DNA from: a virus
Taxonomy: Duplodnaviria; Caudoviricetes
DNA: 64,000 nucleotides
Direction: 5' to 3' (one strand)
Virus record (IMG/VR): IMGVR_UViG_3300037466_003648
Span: 1-64,000 of that record
Shown: piece by piece, positions 1 to 8,792 of the stretch
How the letters are laid out: each line of letters begins with the position of its first letter
Position numbering within the stretch: position 1 is the first letter of the stretch
Program-made: the position numbers and the translations under genes
Notes under the pieces: generated by a model
Databases searched by the model: none
What the model was told of the DNA's origin: nothing
The model's input: the letters and a program-made list of their open reading frames with translations, nothing else

Positions 1-561
1 GACCGCGCGGAGAACAACTGGACCGAGAACGACTCCGTCGGCCTGTCCTACCAAGTGGAGGGTGACCTGGACGCCCAGCTCGATCGCGACGCCAAGGCGT
101 TCGCTGGCTGGTACGTCGAGCAGCACACCGCGCGGTTCGCCTCGCTGGGCAGCGCCAAGCGCTTCGCCCGGAGCGTGACCCGCGACGAGTCGCCCGCCCG
201 CATCCAGCGCAAGCGCGTCGACTACACGGTCGGCTTCGCGCCCTGCGCCACCTGGTCGCAGGGGCGCAGCTGGCGGCTGCACCGCTACGAGTTCGTGGTC
301 ACCTACACGACCCGCGTGTGCTACGCGGTCGAGGGCGACTACGACTTCGTGCCCGAAGAGCGCGTCGTCGAGTACGACTGCAGCGGTCCCGCGTACGTGG
401 AGGCGCCGCACTGGGACGTCGACTTCAGCTCCTACCCGGAGTGGGAGCCGATCGCCCACGCGCCTGCCGACTGGTCGGCCAGCTACCTGGCTGCGGGTCG
501 CGCGCACGTCAAGTGCGCCGCGCAGCACACCACGGGCGCCTGCACGGTGTGCGGGCGCTAA
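1..561 (+). CDS. hypothetical protein, 5'-truncated by the window edge
   Basis: Frame is open from base 1 to TAA at 559-561; high-GC3 codon usage like neighbouring genes. Confidence 0.7.
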   Translation, partial: DRAENNWTENDSVGLSYQVEGDLDAQLDRDAKAFAGWYVEQHTARFASLGSAKRFARSVTRDESPARIQRKRVDYTVGFAPCATWSQGRSWRLHRYEFVVTYTTRVCYAVEGDYDFVPEERVVEYDCSGPAYVEAPHWDVDFSSYPEWEPIAHAPADWSASYLAAGRAHVKCAAQHTTGACTVCGR

Positions 562-570
562 TTCAACCCC

Positions 571-600
571 AGGGCGATCGCCGCGGATGGCGATCGCCCT
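571..600. terminator. perfect 12-bp inverted repeat (AGGGCGATCGCC-N6-GGCGATCGCCCT), no U-tract
   Basis: Directly visible just after the first stop codon; each arm contains GCGATCGC. Confidence 0.45.
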
Positions 601-787
601 AAAGCCCATGGGTGCGTGGGTGCCCTGTTCGTGCTGCAGCACGAAGACGCCCACCCACGCACCCCGAACTCAGCCAGCGTCACTCTGCCACGCTGGTGCG
701 AACTGCTGCCCGCACTCGCGCCAAGCCCTGGAGCTTCGCCAACGAGTTCACTTGTTAGACACCTTGTTAGTTGAGAGGAGCCACACC

Positions 788-1171
788 ATGTCCATCACCG
801 TCATCATCAACGGCCAGCGCGTCCAAGCCCGTGACCTCGCCCACGCGCGCGAGCTGTCCGGCGTCAAGCCCGCTGCTGCACCCACCAACGGCCAGCGCAC
901 CAACCCGTGGGGCGACGAGTCCGATGGCCGCTGCAACCGCTGCCACGGCACGGGCTTCTGGGGCACCCGCGAGAAGGGTGGCGCGTGCTTCCGCTGCGAC
1001 GGCAGTGGCATCGCGCCCGGCTACAAGAAGAGCACGGTCGCCGAGGTGCAGGCGGCGCGCGAGGCGGAGCTGGGTCCGTCCGGTCCTGGCTACACCAAGC
1101 TGGTGACGCCGCGTCGTGAGGCCAAGAAGGCGCACAAGGCCATCGTGCGCGGCGGTCGCAAGCGTGCCTAG
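788..1171 (+). CDS. small protein with two DnaJ-like CxxCxGxG zinc-knuckle motifs
   Basis: SD GAGAGGAG before ATG 788; CNRCHGTG and CFRCDGSG. Confidence 0.75.
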   Translation: MSITVIINGQRVQARDLAHARELSGVKPAAAPTNGQRTNPWGDESDGRCNRCHGTGFWGTREKGGACFRCDGSGIAPGYKKSTVAEVQAAREAELGPSGPGYTKLVTPRREAKKAHKAIVRGGRKRA

Positions 1172-1181
1172 CGTCGGCTGC

Positions 1182-1310
1182 ATGATGTTCTGCCCCGCGT
1201 GCAAGCGGGGCACCTGGCACACCATCCACACCGAGAGTGGGTGGACGTTCTACACCTGCCGTGGTCGGAAGCCCAACTGCGGCAGGACTCACCGCGTCAA
1301 GTACCACTAG
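1182..1310 (+). CDS. small Cys/His-rich zinc-ribbon-like protein
   Basis: CPAC...H...C...C...H pattern; fills the gap between genes. Confidence 0.5.
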   Translation: MMFCPACKRGTWHTIHTESGWTFYTCRGRKPNCGRTHRVKYH

Positions 1311-1330
1311 CCGAGAGGAGACAGCATACC

Positions 1331-1597
1331 ATGCTCAACGCCTATCGTAAGCTCCACCCCAAGTCGCGCCGCGATCTGCTCCTCGCGATCGCCGTCGGCA
1401 TCGCGCCGATGATCGGCTGGCTCACCGGCTTCGTGATCGGCGACCCCATCGCCGAGCGCGCCGCGCGCCAGCACAACCTCACCGTGATCGCGACGGTCGA
1501 GTGCGCCGCCAAGAACTACTCGCGGGTCGGCGCTCCGCGTGACCACGGTCCCGGCTCGCTCATCCCGATGAGCGACCTCGACGACTACTACCGCTAG
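1331..1597 (+). CDS. hypothetical membrane protein
   Basis: SD GAGAGGAG; one hydrophobic stretch (LLLAIAVGIAPMIGWLTGFVIG). Confidence 0.7.
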   Translation: MLNAYRKLHPKSRRDLLLAIAVGIAPMIGWLTGFVIGDPIAERAARQHNLTVIATVECAAKNYSRVGAPRDHGPGSLIPMSDLDDYYR

Positions 1598-1606
1598 GAG
1601 GCGCCC

Positions 1607-1747
1607 GTGATCAAGGTCCAGTTCATCAACGTGCTCACCGGCTGGTCGGCCAGCAACGGTGAGCACCGCTTCTACGGTGACACCGCCACAGAAGCACGGC
1701 GTCGGTTGCGCGCCTTCCTCCGCAACCAGTTCAAACCCAAGCACTAG
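1607..1747 (+). CDS. hypothetical protein (46 aa, below the ORF-track cutoff)
   Basis: SD AGGAGG, GTG start, TAG stop, typical codon usage. Confidence 0.55.
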   Translation: MIKVQFINVLTGWSASNGEHRFYGDTATEARRRLRAFLRNQFKPKH

Positions 1748-1763
1748 CCAAAAGGAGCAACCG

Positions 1764-2117
1764 ATGCACACCACCAAGCGCACCATCCAAGTCCTGACCG
1801 AGGTCGAGTCCAAGGTCATCTACGCCGCCTTGATGGCGGTCATACCCAAGCTGCCCGAGTTCTACCACGCGACCTGCATCCACACCGTGATGTGCGACGT
1901 CAGCCGCACGGTCAGCCTGGACTTCCAGCACTGCTGCCCGTACAGCGTCAGCCTGGCGATCTCCCAGCTGGAGCTGGTCAGCATCGCGATCGACGATCCC
2001 ACGCGCCAGGATCGGCCCAAGCCGGTCGAGGCGCAACTGCTGGAGGTCTTGGACCTCTGTCTTCCCATCCTGCGTAAGGCCAACACCGAGTACCAAGAGC
2101 AGCGCGATCGCCGCTAG
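1764..2117 (+). CDS. hypothetical protein
   Basis: SD AAAGGAG then CCG-ATG. Confidence 0.7.
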   Translation: MHTTKRTIQVLTEVESKVIYAALMAVIPKLPEFYHATCIHTVMCDVSRTVSLDFQHCCPYSVSLAISQLELVSIAIDDPTRQDRPKPVEAQLLEVLDLCLPILRKANTEYQEQRDRR

Positions 2118-2132
2118 AAGGAGACCACACCG

Positions 2133-2462
2133 ATGTCCCACCAGTCGTTCAACCCGTCCATGCACACCACGATCGAGTGCACCACCTGCAAGTCGCTCCA
2201 GAGCGGGCGCGAGGTGCTGTTGGCGATCGTCACGCGCCTGGGCGTCTCGTTCACCCTGGACACCGTCTGCCTCACCTGCGGCACGACCGAAGCCAACGGC
2301 AAGCTGCCGCCGGAGGCCAGCGAGACGTTCTTGCTGCCCAGCGCCGCGGGCTACCAGCACGGCTTCGAGTGCGTGCCTCACAAGACGCGCACACACGATG
2401 CGGCGTACCTGCGCGATCGCCAGCAGCACCGCGGTCCCGACCTGCCCTTCGGGTCGCGCTAG
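2133..2462 (+). CDS. hypothetical Cys-containing protein
   Basis: SD AAGGAG; CTTC and CLTC pairs. Confidence 0.7.
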   Translation: MSHQSFNPSMHTTIECTTCKSLQSGREVLLAIVTRLGVSFTLDTVCLTCGTTEANGKLPPEASETFLLPSAAGYQHGFECVPHKTRTHDAAYLRDRQQHRGPDLPFGSR

Positions 2463-2549
2463 CACTGCCGTCTGGAAGTTGTCCCGTTGGGATCTGATGG
2501 TCTTCGATTGACCGGTTGGGTTCCGTTACTTGAGAGGAGCTAAACACCC

Positions 2550-2711
2550 ATGGAAGAGCAAGTCTGCACCTACCCTTTGTGCCCGGATCACCACCCGGAC
2601 GAGAACGAGATCGCGTACCACGAGAGCGGGGCGATGTACGACAGCACCTTGGAAGACTACCAAGAGAGTCACCGCACGCGTTGCACCGCCCCCGAAACCG
2701 TCACCCACTAG
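2550..2711 (+). CDS. hypothetical protein (53 aa)
   Basis: SD GAGAGGAG, ATG 2550, TAG 2709-2711. Confidence 0.55.
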   Translation: MEEQVCTYPLCPDHHPDENEIAYHESGAMYDSTLEDYQESHRTRCTAPETVTH

Positions 2712-2732
2712 CCGAGAGGAGCCTACACACCG

Positions 2733-3530
2733 ATGTTCAAGAACGCTGACAACCTGTCCAAGCTCGCCGCGCCGCCGATCGCGCCCGTGGTCGAGCCCTT
2801 CAAGCCCACGGTTGTGCCCGCTGGGTTCGCGGGTGTCCACACGTTGGCGATCCAGATCGCCATCACCCAGTGGCGCGGCAAGCTCACGGGTGCCTTCCCC
2901 AACACGATGAACGGCAAGGCGCACCGCCTCGACGTCTCGCGGATGGTGGCCTTCGATGACTGCACCGAAGACGCCTTCGCCTGGCTCAAGACGCGCCTGG
3001 GGCCGAAGCACGAAGACCGCACGCTGCGGCCGGACGATCGCCACTCGCTGGTGATGTACCGCGGCGGTCCGCACGGGCTCAAGGATCTCAAGCCCTGGTT
3101 CCTGATGTACAAGGAGGTCAGCGAAGCGATCGCCTGGTGCCAGGAGCAAGTGGTCATCAGCCGCGGGCAGGATCACTTCGCGCTGGTGATGCTGGTCAGC
3201 ACCAGTGATTGGGACCTCAAGAAGCCGGGCAACCCCAACTTCGACCCCTTCTACGAGGCGGTGCTTCGTGGAATCTCCGACTTGGAGGTGGTGAAGTTGT
3301 CCCCGGAACCCAGCATCGAGCTGCCGGATGGCTTCCCCGAGAAGGAGCTGGTGCAACCGGTAGAGACGCCCAAGCCGCGCATCATCGTGAGCGCGGCGGA
3401 GCAGGTGCGCCGCAAGATCGACACCAGCCACGAACAGCCGGTCGCACCCGGCGCCAAGCCCGAGTACGTCGACAGCAAGGAACGTCCTGGCGTGGTCGAC
3501 GAGCTGATCGCCGACTTCGTCGAGCGCTAG
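2733..3530 (+). CDS. hypothetical protein immediately upstream of the RNAP genes
   Basis: SD GAGAGGAG; 265-aa ORF, 15 nt before the beta-like gene. Confidence 0.8.
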   Translation: MFKNADNLSKLAAPPIAPVVEPFKPTVVPAGFAGVHTLAIQIAITQWRGKLTGAFPNTMNGKAHRLDVSRMVAFDDCTEDAFAWLKTRLGPKHEDRTLRPDDRHSLVMYRGGPHGLKDLKPWFLMYKEVSEAIAWCQEQVVISRGQDHFALVMLVSTSDWDLKKPGNPNFDPFYEAVLRGISDLEVVKLSPEPSIELPDGFPEKELVQPVETPKPRIIVSAAEQVRRKIDTSHEQPVAPGAKPEYVDSKERPGVVDELIADFVER

Positions 3531-3545
3531 AGGAGAACACAACCG

Positions 3546-5510
3546 ATGTCCAACGAATCCAACATCAAGCACGTCCTGGTGATCGGCCAGCCGACCCAGA
3601 TGGTGGAGGACTTGTTCCCTCACCTGGACCCCAACGAGCCCAAGGCGCCCGACGAGGTGTTCAAGCGCTTCGGTGGCTTCACCTACGTGGATGCGCCCAG
3701 CGAGTTGGTCGACCCTAACAACTGGACGATGATGGGTGGGCAAGGCGACGTGGACGTGCTCACGGACACGCTGCTCTGCTTCGTCAAGAAGGGTGGCGTG
3801 ATCTACCTGGGCAGCGCCCTGGAGCGCACCAGCGATGACCACAAGGCGCTCGTCCAGCTCGACGAGGTCTGCCCCAACGCCATCCTCGACGAGGCCATCG
3901 AGCTGCTCAAGTTGCAGCTGGGCAAGGCGATCGCCGACCCGCTCGACTTCGAGACCGCGGTCATCGAGGCGATGGACGTCCACAACGTCGCGGGTGAGAA
4001 GGTGATCTTCGCCGGTGCCGAAGAGGACAACGTGGCCGCCTTCCACGCGCCGCTGCGTGCCAGCAAGACGCACACGCTCAAGTGGTGCCCGGACGGCACG
4101 ATCGAGCTGGACGGGGCGATTCTCCGGCGCACGGCGCTGATGGGGATCGGCCACCTCAAGACCGAGGTGCTGGGCGGTCGCGTGCTGGAGCCCGGCGAGG
4201 TCGTTGGCTTCATCGCCAACCGGATGGCGCTCAACGGCGTCGACGACCTGGTGGGCTACGGTCGCGCCTTCGGTCCCGGCAAGGAGGACCACACCAACGC
4301 CACCCTCACGGACGAGGGGCGGCAGTTCCGTGCGCACGGGATCGTGGGCGTGGTGAGCGTGCACGGCAACTTCGTGTCGAAGGCCAAGCCCGCGATGGTG
4401 GAGCTGGTGGCGCAAGCGCTGCACCAGCTGGACCCCAAGCAGCCCTTGTTCCTGCACCAGCAGGTCAAGGAGATCTACGAGGGTGAGGAGGCGATGAAAG
4501 CCTTCCGCGCCCAGATGGAGAAGGACGGCCGCGTCACGCTTTTCGGCAAGAGCACCAAGCACACGCGCGTGGACGCGGGCGCTTACTGCCTCTACACCGA
4601 GGATGGGACGGGCACGCTCACCCGCAAGGCGGTGATCGGTAACTTCGAGGTGGGCAACGATGGGTCTATCTACGCTCCCAAGAGCCTGATGGACGGCATC
4701 GCGGGCTACCTCAAGGAGTCGGTGGTTGCCAAGCGTGACTTCGGCACGATGAGCGAGGACTTGCTGTCCCGCTACTACAACGCCGAGGTCGTGGTCAAGG
4801 AGGGCGATCGCCTGCTGCCGGGCGACGTGGTCTTCACCATCGACGGCATTCCGCACACCTGGGAGTCCAAGGCGGACTACGGGATCGTGACGGGTGTGAC
4901 CGACACGATCAGCACCAAGCTGGTGCACTGCGAGGTGCGCATCGACGCCTGGTTCGAGGGCGACTGCAAGATGCGTGGCTTCGGCAAGGGCTTGATCGCC
5001 CCGATGGAAGCCTGCGGCATCACCTGCAACGTCAAGGACGCCATCATCATCGGTGCCGCGGGCATCATCAAGGACAGCGCGGCTGCGAAGTCCAAGATGA
5101 GCAACGAGCGCCGCGAGCGTGTGGTGGTCACCATCGAGTACTGCGAGCGTGACTTCGAGCTGGCGATCGCCAAGCACAACCCCGAGTGGGACGAAGACAC
5201 GCACCAGACGGGTTGTATGACCAAGGTCTACCCGGATCTGTGCGTGATGAGCTTCGACTGCGGCAACCGCACGGTCACCATCATCGACGAGAACGCGCTG
5301 GTGGCCGATGTGACCTTCATGATCGAAGCGTCACCGGTGGGACAGGCGGTCGGGTCGTCTTCGATGACCTTGCCGCAGATGGGCTTCCTGTCCAGCTTGC
5401 CCACCGGCAACGCCTGGCTCAACCAGGAGGCACTGCCCGGCGTCGTGCGCCGCGTGGATGCGCTCACCTACCTGCACGCCGTCAGCAACGGCATCCCTGT
5501 CGAGTTGTAA
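3546..5510 (+). CDS. divergent RNA polymerase beta-like subunit (double-psi beta-barrel carrying the two catalytic-centre lysines)
   Basis: GNDGSIYAPKSL aligns by eye to RpoB YNFEDSILVSER; VKEGDRLLPGDVV to the VxGGDILV region; GDCKMRGFGKGLIAPME (nt ~4959-5006) to GDKMAGRHGNKGVISKI; DAIIIGAAGI to DIVLNPLGV. Confidence 0.8.
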   Translation: MSNESNIKHVLVIGQPTQMVEDLFPHLDPNEPKAPDEVFKRFGGFTYVDAPSELVDPNNWTMMGGQGDVDVLTDTLLCFVKKGGVIYLGSALERTSDDHKALVQLDEVCPNAILDEAIELLKLQLGKAIADPLDFETAVIEAMDVHNVAGEKVIFAGAEEDNVAAFHAPLRASKTHTLKWCPDGTIELDGAILRRTALMGIGHLKTEVLGGRVLEPGEVVGFIANRMALNGVDDLVGYGRAFGPGKEDHTNATLTDEGRQFRAHGIVGVVSVHGNFVSKAKPAMVELVAQALHQLDPKQPLFLHQQVKEIYEGEEAMKAFRAQMEKDGRVTLFGKSTKHTRVDAGAYCLYTEDGTGTLTRKAVIGNFEVGNDGSIYAPKSLMDGIAGYLKESVVAKRDFGTMSEDLLSRYYNAEVVVKEGDRLLPGDVVFTIDGIPHTWESKADYGIVTGVTDTISTKLVHCEVRIDAWFEGDCKMRGFGKGLIAPMEACGITCNVKDAIIIGAAGIIKDSAAAKSKMSNERRERVVVTIEYCERDFELAIAKHNPEWDEDTHQTGCMTKVYPDLCVMSFDCGNRTVTIIDENALVADVTFMIEASPVGQAVGSSSMTLPQMGFLSSLPTGNAWLNQEALPGVVRRVDALTYLHAVSNGIPVEL

Positions 5511-5524
5511 GGAGAGTATCACCG

Positions 5525-7039
5525 ATGTCCAACACCAGCCTGCTGACCGAGTCCACGGTCACCATCCACTACATCGGCCACGAGGCCCTCAACCTGCCCA
5601 CGGTCGGGCTCACCGACCACGAGCTGCTCAAGGAAGCGGCCAAGGAGTTCCCCAAGGGGCTGAACCTGATGGGCAGCAACCTGGGTCCGGTGTGGGTGCA
5701 CCCCACGATGCTGCTCAACCTGGCGCAGCCCGACGGCTTCGGCCTGGAGCTGCAAGGGCTGGCCCACAGCGCGGCGGAGCTGCTGCGCTTGGCGGCCGAC
5801 CCGGAGAAGGCCGACGAGCTGACCGGCAAGGGGATCGACCGCATGATCGCCCTGTTCGCGGCGCAAGCCCACGGGCAGGCGATCGCCAAGCGTCCCAACC
5901 AGCTGCACGCGCACCGCTGGGGTGCCGCGGCCAAGGTGGCCGGTGCCGACCGCGTCACGCCCGGTATGCTGGAGATTCACCCCGAGGGCAACGTGGCCGC
6001 ACGCCTCGCCCAGCTCTTCGGCTGCGTGCCTGGTGCCACGGGCGGTTGGGCCGACCTGGAGGGCCGCCAGCTGATGCTGCTGCGTCACCCGTTCATCCTG
6101 GGCTACGTGGTCACGATCGGGTTCAACGAGAACCTGACCAAGAACCTCACCCTGGTCAACCGCCTGGATGGCCGCCGCGCCACCGGCATGGACTTCGACG
6201 GTGATCAGGTGTTCCTGTTCGCCATCAAGAGCCGCATCATGGCGGCGATGATCGACGCCGAGATCAAGGCAGTCGTGCCGGACAACGACGCCACCAAGCT
6301 CGTGTTGGGCAAGCCCTGCGAGGAGCCCGGCGGCGAGTGGTGGGGCGAGTTGTTGGAGAAGTCCACCGAGCAGAAGCTCGACCAGCACTTCACCAAGACC
6401 ATCGGCGAGTGGATCAACTCCCACATCACAATGGGCGACTACGCCAACAAGTTCACGCCCTTCGCGTATCGGATCTCCGACATTGGTGGCGCCATGGCTG
6501 CCGTGGGCATCCCTGGTGCGCGCGAGATGTCGCTGATCGGCGCCACGATCGAGGAGACCTTCTACCTGGGGCTGTCTGGCGGTCCCAAGGAGCTGGACGA
6601 GGCCATGGAGACCTGGTTCCGCAAGAAGATGAGCGCTGCCAACCAGCGCATCCTCTTCGCGGGGCTGCGCACCGTGGTCAACCCGGACCTGCTCGCCAAC
6701 GCGGATGTCCGCACGGCAATCGCCCGCGGGTCGGCCATCAACGGCGGTCGCTTCGACGACTGCAACCCGCAAGAGCTGCTGGTCCATACCGCCTTCCTGG
6801 TCGGCAAGGGCAAGCTCACCCTGGGCAGCGGCGTGCTGCTCGACCAGCTGGCCCTGATCGCCAGCGAGCCGACGCTGTCGGCCGAGCTGCGCGAGTCGTT
6901 CGTCGCGCGGATGCTCTTCCACGCGGCGCGCAAGCTGCACCAGGTGGTGGGCAAGGGCAATCCCATCGTGGGCGAGACCCCGAGCGACGACTACGAGGCC
7001 GATGGCTTCGAGGAGTACACCTCCGACTTCGAGGAGTAA
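5525..7039 (+). CDS. divergent RNA polymerase beta-prime-like subunit (catalytic DFDGD)
   Basis: SD AAGGAG, ATG 5525; MLLRHP equivalent to RpoC LLNRAP; GMDFDGDQV (DFDGD at nt 6191-6205) equivalent to NADFDGDQM; adjacent to the beta-like gene. Confidence 0.88.
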   Translation: MSNTSLLTESTVTIHYIGHEALNLPTVGLTDHELLKEAAKEFPKGLNLMGSNLGPVWVHPTMLLNLAQPDGFGLELQGLAHSAAELLRLAADPEKADELTGKGIDRMIALFAAQAHGQAIAKRPNQLHAHRWGAAAKVAGADRVTPGMLEIHPEGNVAARLAQLFGCVPGATGGWADLEGRQLMLLRHPFILGYVVTIGFNENLTKNLTLVNRLDGRRATGMDFDGDQVFLFAIKSRIMAAMIDAEIKAVVPDNDATKLVLGKPCEEPGGEWWGELLEKSTEQKLDQHFTKTIGEWINSHITMGDYANKFTPFAYRISDIGGAMAAVGIPGAREMSLIGATIEETFYLGLSGGPKELDEAMETWFRKKMSAANQRILFAGLRTVVNPDLLANADVRTAIARGSAINGGRFDDCNPQELLVHTAFLVGKGKLTLGSGVLLDQLALIASEPTLSAELRESFVARMLFHAARKLHQVVGKGNPIVGETPSDDYEADGFEEYTSDFEE

Positions 7040-7050
7040 GCCGGTCGATG

Positions 7051-7074
7051 CCCCAACTGGTCCGCCGGTTGGGG
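7051..7074 (+). terminator. 10-bp hairpin with UCCG (UNCG-type) loop after the beta-prime-like gene
   Basis: CCCCAACTGG-TCCG-CCGGTTGGGG; no U-tract. Confidence 0.45.
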
Positions 7075-7370
7075 CGCCTGCGGCGCCGGTTGCCCCACCC
7101 GCCTTCCCCCGTTTGATCTTCTTTTGGTTGGCCCACCCTCTGACCCCCGTTTGGCGGTGGTGGGGTTGGGCTGGATGGACATCGGTTGGTCCACCTGGGC
7201 GGTTGTCCGGGTGGGCCAGTCGGACATCGGTTGCGCTGGCCGGGTGGCCGGGGCGGTTGCCAGTTGGCGATCGCCCCGGTTGGCCGGTTGGGGCGGTAGG
7301 ACATTGGTTGTCCCCGTTGGCCCGTTGGGTCCGTTGGGACAGGGTTGACCAGAGCGGTTGACCCCGGCTG
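7075..7370 (+). repeat. non-coding, strand-biased (C/G)GTTG(G) simple-repeat tract
   Basis: Roughly 15 GGTTG/CGTTG units counted by eye in a ~300-bp intergenic region. Confidence 0.6.
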
Positions 7371-7441
7371 TCGCTTGCACTCCTACGCTGGAGTGAGCGG
7401 CACCACAGACAGGCACGACCCGTGCCAAGGAGACCATTCCC

Positions 7442-7963
7442 ATGACCACTCGTGTGACGAACGTCAAGCGCGACGAAGAGCAGCCCACCGAGGGCGCGAC
7501 CCCGGAGACCACGGCCGAAGCCAAGACCGAAGTGGTCGCTTCCGACGAGTTCCCGGTCCAGGGCCGCATCGCGGTGCGCGGCGACGGTGGCCCGCAGGCC
7601 AGCTACAACCTCCTGGTGCTCAGCACCGAGTCGGTCTTCGCGCTGGAAGCGCTCAAGGCCGAGTACCCCGACATGGAGTTCACCGACAACCAGGGCCAGC
7701 CCTGGATGCAGGTGACCATCGACCCGGCCGGTAAGGCCAAGCTGCGTCAGGCTGCCCGCCAGGGCGCCACCAAGCTCGTGGTCGAGGGCATCGTGACGGT
7801 GGTCGACCTCGTCAACGGCAAGCCGCAGGGCTTCATGCGCGTCACCAGCGCGCGTGCGGCGACGCTCAAGGACGGCGGCCGGGTCATCCAGCGCGAGAGC
7901 CGCGAAGCGGCGCCCGTGGCTTCGATGCCCGCGTTGAGCCTGCGTCGCCAGGCTCGCGCCTAA
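7442..7963 (+). CDS. hypothetical protein, possibly OB-fold/SSB-like
   Basis: SD AAGGAG; acidic N-terminal extension and beta-strand-rich core; fold is a guess. Confidence 0.75.
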   Translation: MTTRVTNVKRDEEQPTEGATPETTAEAKTEVVASDEFPVQGRIAVRGDGGPQASYNLLVLSTESVFALEALKAEYPDMEFTDNQGQPWMQVTIDPAGKAKLRQAARQGATKLVVEGIVTVVDLVNGKPQGFMRVTSARAATLKDGGRVIQRESREAAPVASMPALSLRRQARA

Positions 7964-7980
7964 CCCGTTGACGACCTGCT

Positions 7981-8004
7981 GGGAGCTAGCGTAAGCTAGC
8001 TCCC
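7981..8004 (+). terminator. perfect 10-bp hairpin with GUAA (GNRA) loop
   Basis: GGGAGCTAGC-GTAA-GCTAGCTCCC, 17 nt after the stop; no U-tract. Confidence 0.55.
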
Positions 8005-8040
8005 GGTTCTGCCGAAAGGAGCCGATCGGTGCCTAACACC

Positions 8041-8196
8041 GTGACCAACAACGCGCCGCACCCCGTGAAGTCCAACGACGACGTGTTCACGCAGAGTGCG
8101 CAAATCGACAGCCTGTGCCAGTCCCAGATCTTCCAGGTCTGCATGGCCCAGGTCAACTGCACCACCTGCCCCGGCAAGATGGTGTGCCCGCTGTGA
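8041..8196 (+). CDS. small Cys-rich protein (51 aa)
   Basis: GTG start downstream of GAAAGGAG; CQ..C..CTTC..C; GTGA overlap with the next gene. Confidence 0.45.
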   Translation: MTNNAPHPVKSNDDVFTQSAQIDSLCQSQIFQVCMAQVNCTTCPGKMVCPL

Positions 8197-8792
8197 GGCA
8201 CGCGGGCTGGGCCGTGGTGGGATTGGCCTTCTTCGGACTCACGTTCGCCGTGGGTCACCAACCCGTTGCCCAGCCCACCCACTGGGTCCAGGGCAACGAC
8301 CTGCTCGACGAGCACAGCACCCACGGCGAGGGCAACCTCCAAGCCGTGCGCGGTACCGTGGACCGGGTGGGCACCAAGGTGACGGGCAGCCGCACCATCC
8401 ACCTGATTGCCGATGATGGTGCGCCCATCCTGATCAGCGTACCACCCACCGTAAGCGTGCGGATGCCCAAGAGCGGCGATCGCATCGGTGTGGTGGGCAG
8501 CGTCATCACGCCCGGCACGCTCACCCTCAACGGTCGCGATCAGCTGCAGTTCCTGCCGCCCGCCACCAACAGCTCGCGCCGCCGCGAGTACTTCGCCCAG
8601 CTGGAGAACATCGAACGTCTCCCGTCGGGTGCGCACCGCGCCACGGTGGTAGGCGTGCACGGCGAGTTCGTGACGACCGCCCTGATCCAGGCTGGCATCG
8701 CGATTCCCCACAAGAAGTGGGCCGACTCCGGCTACATGATGAAGGGCTACGTCGGCAGCGACGGCACCTACGTGGTGGAGTCGCTGGAATGA
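8193..8792 (+). CDS. membrane-anchored protein with N-terminal hydrophobic segment and possible OB-fold-like domains
   Basis: GWAVVGLAFFGLTFAV at the N-terminus; ATGA overlap with the next gene. Confidence 0.65.
   Translation: MRHAGWAVVGLAFFGLTFAVGHQPVAQPTHWVQGNDLLDEHSTHGEGNLQAVRGTVDRVGTKVTGSRTIHLIADDGAPILISVPPTVSVRMPKSGDRIGVVGSVITPGTLTLNGRDQLQFLPPATNSSRRREYFAQLENIERLPSGAHRATVVGVHGEFVTTALIQAGIAIPHKKWADSGYMMKGYVGSDGTYVVESLE

Noticed and set aside
587-787. N-terminal extensions given by the ORF track (for example 587, 5186, 8115, 8717, 10479, 28139, 34216, 47045)
   Set aside because: Internal starts with strong SD motifs and the onset of codon bias indicate shorter true genes
2526-5204. 892-aa minus-strand ORF, and similar long ones at 5519-6940, 36739-39114, 44570-45658, 50404-52254, 52258-53643 and 55044-56579
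   Set aside because: Antisense shadows of strongly GC3-biased plus-strand genes; no RBS, and the Val/Ala/Leu/Asp-rich composition is typical of the reverse frame
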